Below are positions 60,580-64,000 of a DNA stretch of 64,000 nt, piece by piece. The first letter of the stretch is position 1. Every line of letters begins with the position of its first letter. The translations under genes and the position numbers were made by a program. Location of the stretch: positions 16,418-80,417 of the forward strand of contig NIVC01002748.1 in NCBI GenBank assembly GCA_002269645.1. The letters run 5' to 3'. Below the pieces are notes generated by a model. It did no database searches and had not been told where the DNA came from. It saw nothing but the letters and a program-made list of their open reading frames with translations. The stretch comes from Macrostomum lignano. Lineage: Eukaryota.

Positions 60580-61200
60580 TAATGAGAGATAGGGATAAGG
60601 AGAGAGGGGGTAAGGGGAAATGAGAGAGGGAGAGAGATAAGAAGAGAGGGAGAGAGATAAGGAGAGAGGGAGAGAGATAAGGAGAGAGGGAGAGAGATAA
60701 GGAGAGAGGGAGAGAGATAAGGAGAGAGGGAGAGAGATAAGGAGAGAGGGAGAGAGATAAGGAGGGAGAGAGATAAAGAGGGAGAAAGATAAGGAGGGAG
60801 AGAGATAAGGAGGGAGAAAGATAAGGAGGGAGAGAGATAAGGAGGGAGAAAGATAAGGAGGGAGAGAGATAAGGAGAGAGGGAGAGAGATAAGGAGAGAG
60901 GGAGAGAGATAAGGAGGGAGAGAGATAAGGAGGGAGAGAGATAAGGAGAGAGGGAGAGAGATAAGGAGAGAGGGAGAGAGATAAGGAGGGAGGGGGAGAG
61001 ATAAGGAGAAAGGGAGAGAGATAAGGAGAGAGGGAGAGAGATAAGGAGAGAGGGAGAGAGATAAGGAGGGAGGGGGAGAGATAAGGAGAAAGGGAGAGAG
61101 ATAAGGAGAGAGGGAGAGAGATAAGGAGGGAGAGAGATAAGGAGAGAGGGAGAGAGATAAGGAGGGAGGGGGAGAGATAAGGAGAAAGGGAGAGAGATGA
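60580..61200. repeat. Purine-rich ~20-bp repeat
   Basis: GGAGAGAGGGAGAGAGATAA with 16- and 24-bp variants, downstream of Lmx1. Confidence 0.92.
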
Positions 61201-61470
61201 GGAAAGAAGCGGGAGATCGGGAGAGAAGGCTGAGAATCTGATTCACGGGAGGAAAAAGCCGATGCAAATACAGGTGGCAAACGCAAGCAGACAGCTCAAC
61301 ACTGGACAGGTAAGCATTAAGAAGATCGAATCAGCAGAAGAAAACAGAAACAAAAGCTGTGGCCAATAAAGACGGCGAATGATTAAAACAAAAATTTTTG
61401 TTCATAATCATAATTTGTGTATAATAACTTGGTATGGTTTTCATTCTTAACGACAGTGTTCAGCGAGCTC

Positions 61471-62397
61471 TCAGGTGAAGTAGGTGGTCTGCATTGAGTA
61501 GAGCTTGTCCATGGGATCATCGGACTTGGTTAAGCTGTCCAGCATGCCTAGGCTGCTGCTGCTGTGGTTGTGGTTGATGCTGCTATTGTTGTTATTATTG
61601 TTGCTGCCCTGGTGATGCAGCATGATGTCACCGCCGCCGTTCAACCCAATGTCCAGCGGTCCCACGGACAGGCCGTCGTCGCCCATGACAATGGAATGAG
61701 CGGCCGCAACGGCGGCGGCTGCGGCGACAACGGAATCCGCTGTCGCGAGTCGCCAGTCGTGTCGGAGATTCCGCCACCAGCCGAAGCGGCAGCGGCTGAG
61801 GCTGCATTCGCCGCTGCTGCGGTCTGTCGCCTGGCCAGCTTCTTCACTTTGGCGCGCTGATTCTGAAACCAGACCTGCACCACGCGGACGCTCAGGCCGG
61901 TCTCCGCGGCCAGCGATTCTCGAACTTTCCTCGACGGCTTCGGGTTGACTTCGAAGGCCGATTTGAACTTTCGTCGCTGCCCGGTGCTCAGGATCGTCCG
62001 CGGCCGCTTGGCTCCGCCTCGGCCGCCCTGCTCGCTGTCCGAGTCGTCCAGCTCGTCCAGATCTTCGCTGCGGGGCGAGCGCGACGGCTGCCCAGTTGAC
62101 TGTGGCTGCTGCGGCTGCTGCGGCTGCTGCTGCTGCTGCTGACTCGACGCCTGCTGCACCGTCTGGTGCGCCGGTGGCTGCGGCTGCTGCTGCAGAGCGG
62201 CGGCCAGCTCTCTCTCGTAGTCAAATCGGCAGAACAGCCGGCCGTCCCGCACCACAAACTGGTCGCCTTTGCGCAGCGGCAGTCCGCAGGCGATGCAAGC
62301 GAAGCAGGGCAGGTGATAGGCGTGCTGATTGGCTCGCATCACCAGCTCCTTGGCGCCGATGGGCTGGCCGCAGCTGCTGCAGCGGGTGCCGAATTTT
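61471..62397 (-). CDS. LMX1: LIM-homeobox transcription factor Lmx1 (LIM2 + homeodomain + C-terminal tail; 5' exons outside the window)
   Basis: The exon starts at 62397 after an acceptor. LIM2: CSSCGQPI...MRANQHAYHLPCFACIAC...GDQFVVRDGRLFCRFDYE. Homeodomain: KRPRTILSTGQRRKFKSAFEVNPKPSRKVRESLAAETGLSVRVVQVWFQNQRAKVKKLARR. The Lmx1-specific tail DKLYSMQTTYF lies in a second frame, which needs a 38-nt intron at 61777-61740 or a 1-nt frameshift. Confidence 0.95.
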
Positions 62398-62529
62398 CTG
62401 GATAATGACGTTTGTTGGATAAGTACATGGTGAACTCCCGGCTTTGGCTGGGGTTAAATTCAGACAAATGTGAACAGACTTCAAAAAAAGCACTCTAAGT
62501 GGTGGTTGGACGTTTTTTATAAGGCTCTA

Positions 62530-63510
62530 CCCCTCAGTCTACCCGAGCATTGATAAGCTACTACCCCTCAGTCTACCCGAGCATTGATAAGCTACTACCT
62601 CTCAGTCTACCTGAGCATTGATAAGCTACTACCCCTCAGTCTACCTGAGCATTGATAAGCTACTACCCATCAGTCTACCTGAGCATTGATAAGCCACTAC
62701 CCTCAGTCTACCTGAGCATTGATAAGCTACTACCCCTCAGTCTACCCGAGCATTGATAAGCTACTACCCCTCAGTCTACCCGAGCATTGATAAGCTACTA
62801 CCTCTCAGTCTACCTGAGCATTGATAAGCTACTACCCATCAGTCTACCCGAGCATTGATAAGCCACTACCCTCAGTCTACCTGAGCGTTGATAAGCTACT
62901 ACCCCCAGTTACCCAGTCTCTACCTGAGCATTGATAAAGGCTACCACCACAGACTACCTGAACATTGATACTACCCCTTAGTTTACCTAAGCATTGATAA
63001 GCTACTACCCCTCAGTCTACCTGAGCTTGGATAAGCTGCTACCCCTCAGTCTACCTGAGCTTGGATAAGCTGCTACCCCTCAGTCTACCTGAGCTTTGAT
63101 AAGCTGCTACCCCTCAGTCTACCTGAGCTTGATAAGCTGCTACCCCTCAGTCTACCTGAGTTTTGATAAGCTGCTACCCCTCAGTCTACCTGAGCTTTGA
63201 TAAGCTGCTACCCTCAGTCTACCTGAGCTTGATAAGCTGCTACCCTCAGTCTACCTGAGCTTTGATAAGCTGCTACCCCTCAGTCTACCTGAGCTTGATA
63301 AGCTGCTACCCCTCAGTCTACCTGAGTTTGATAAGCTGCTACCCCTCAGTCTACCTGAGCTTTGATAAGCTGCTACCCCTCAGTCTACCTGAGCTTGGAT
63401 AAGCTACTACCCCTCAGTCTACCTGAGCATTGATAAGCTGCTACCCTCAGTCTACCTGAGCGTGATAAGCTACTACCCTCAGTCTACCTGAGCTTTGATA
63501 AGCTACTACA
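62530..63510. repeat. 34-bp minisatellite (Lmx1 intron)
   Basis: CTACCCCTCAGTCTACCTGAGCATTGATAAGCTA, about 29 copies. Confidence 0.94.
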
Positions 63511-64000
63511 GTAATGAAGAGAATCGGCTTCTCTATAAAATATTCGATGCCCTTAAGATTGAGGCTTAGAAACTCGCTCACATAAGGACTCATTTTCGGT
63601 TCGCTCTTCTCAGTCAATCGCTCAAGACGCGGCACGCTTGTTGACTCTAGGCATTAACTATCCGATCTTTGCTTGACCATTTGACAAGCAAAAATCAGTC
63701 GAGCATTTTAGTTGCCATGGCTTATTTTATTAGTCTCAAAACTGAAGATTTTCTGCTCAAAGTTCCCAACTCATCCGCGGGGCCTGACATGAAACACAAT
63801 GTTAAGCGGCTGGGAGTTGAGCGCGTCGAACTCTCGGTAGCCAGATTACGAATAGCTCTAGGCCTCAAGATCAGGCCGAGCTGTGTGCTCAAGGATTAAG
63901 CAAATTCGGAGTTGGCAAACAAGCTCAAGAGGCCGGCATGGGATTTCGTGAACGCACGCCTGGCTACGGGCACTCCACCCCCCTCTTCCTTGGCTGGCAA

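Overview
Eukaryotic (metazoan) genomic DNA with GC-rich spliced exons, AT-rich introns and about 40 different tandem-repeat arrays. The style suggests a free-living flatworm such as Macrostomum, but that is inference only. I reconstructed exon chains by hand from GT-AG sites and reading-frame phase. Genes, in order: (1) a band 4.1/coracle-type FERM protein carrying two tandem DDX1-type SPRY domains (+, 5' end outside the window); (2) a secreted PAN/apple plus fibrinogen-domain protein (+); (3) an uncharacterised 7-exon gene (-); (4) a small secreted orphan peptide gene with TATA box and poly(A) signal (+); (5) an intronless divergent class A GPCR (-); (6) a complete REXO1 exonuclease (-); (7) the 3' part of LIM-homeobox Lmx1 (-). 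There is also one low-confidence small gene (+). Mobile DNA comprises a tRNA-derived SINE family (3 copies), a mariner-type fold-back element and a possible GC-rich MITE. Most long ORFs in the supplied track are translations of minisatellites and are not genes. The most notable items are the FERM-SPRY-SPRY architecture, splice sites formed by terminal repeat units, inverted satellite arrays bracketing a block of phase-0 exons, and 400-860 bp higher-order duplications in unrelated arrays. No database searches were possible, so novelty is unverified.
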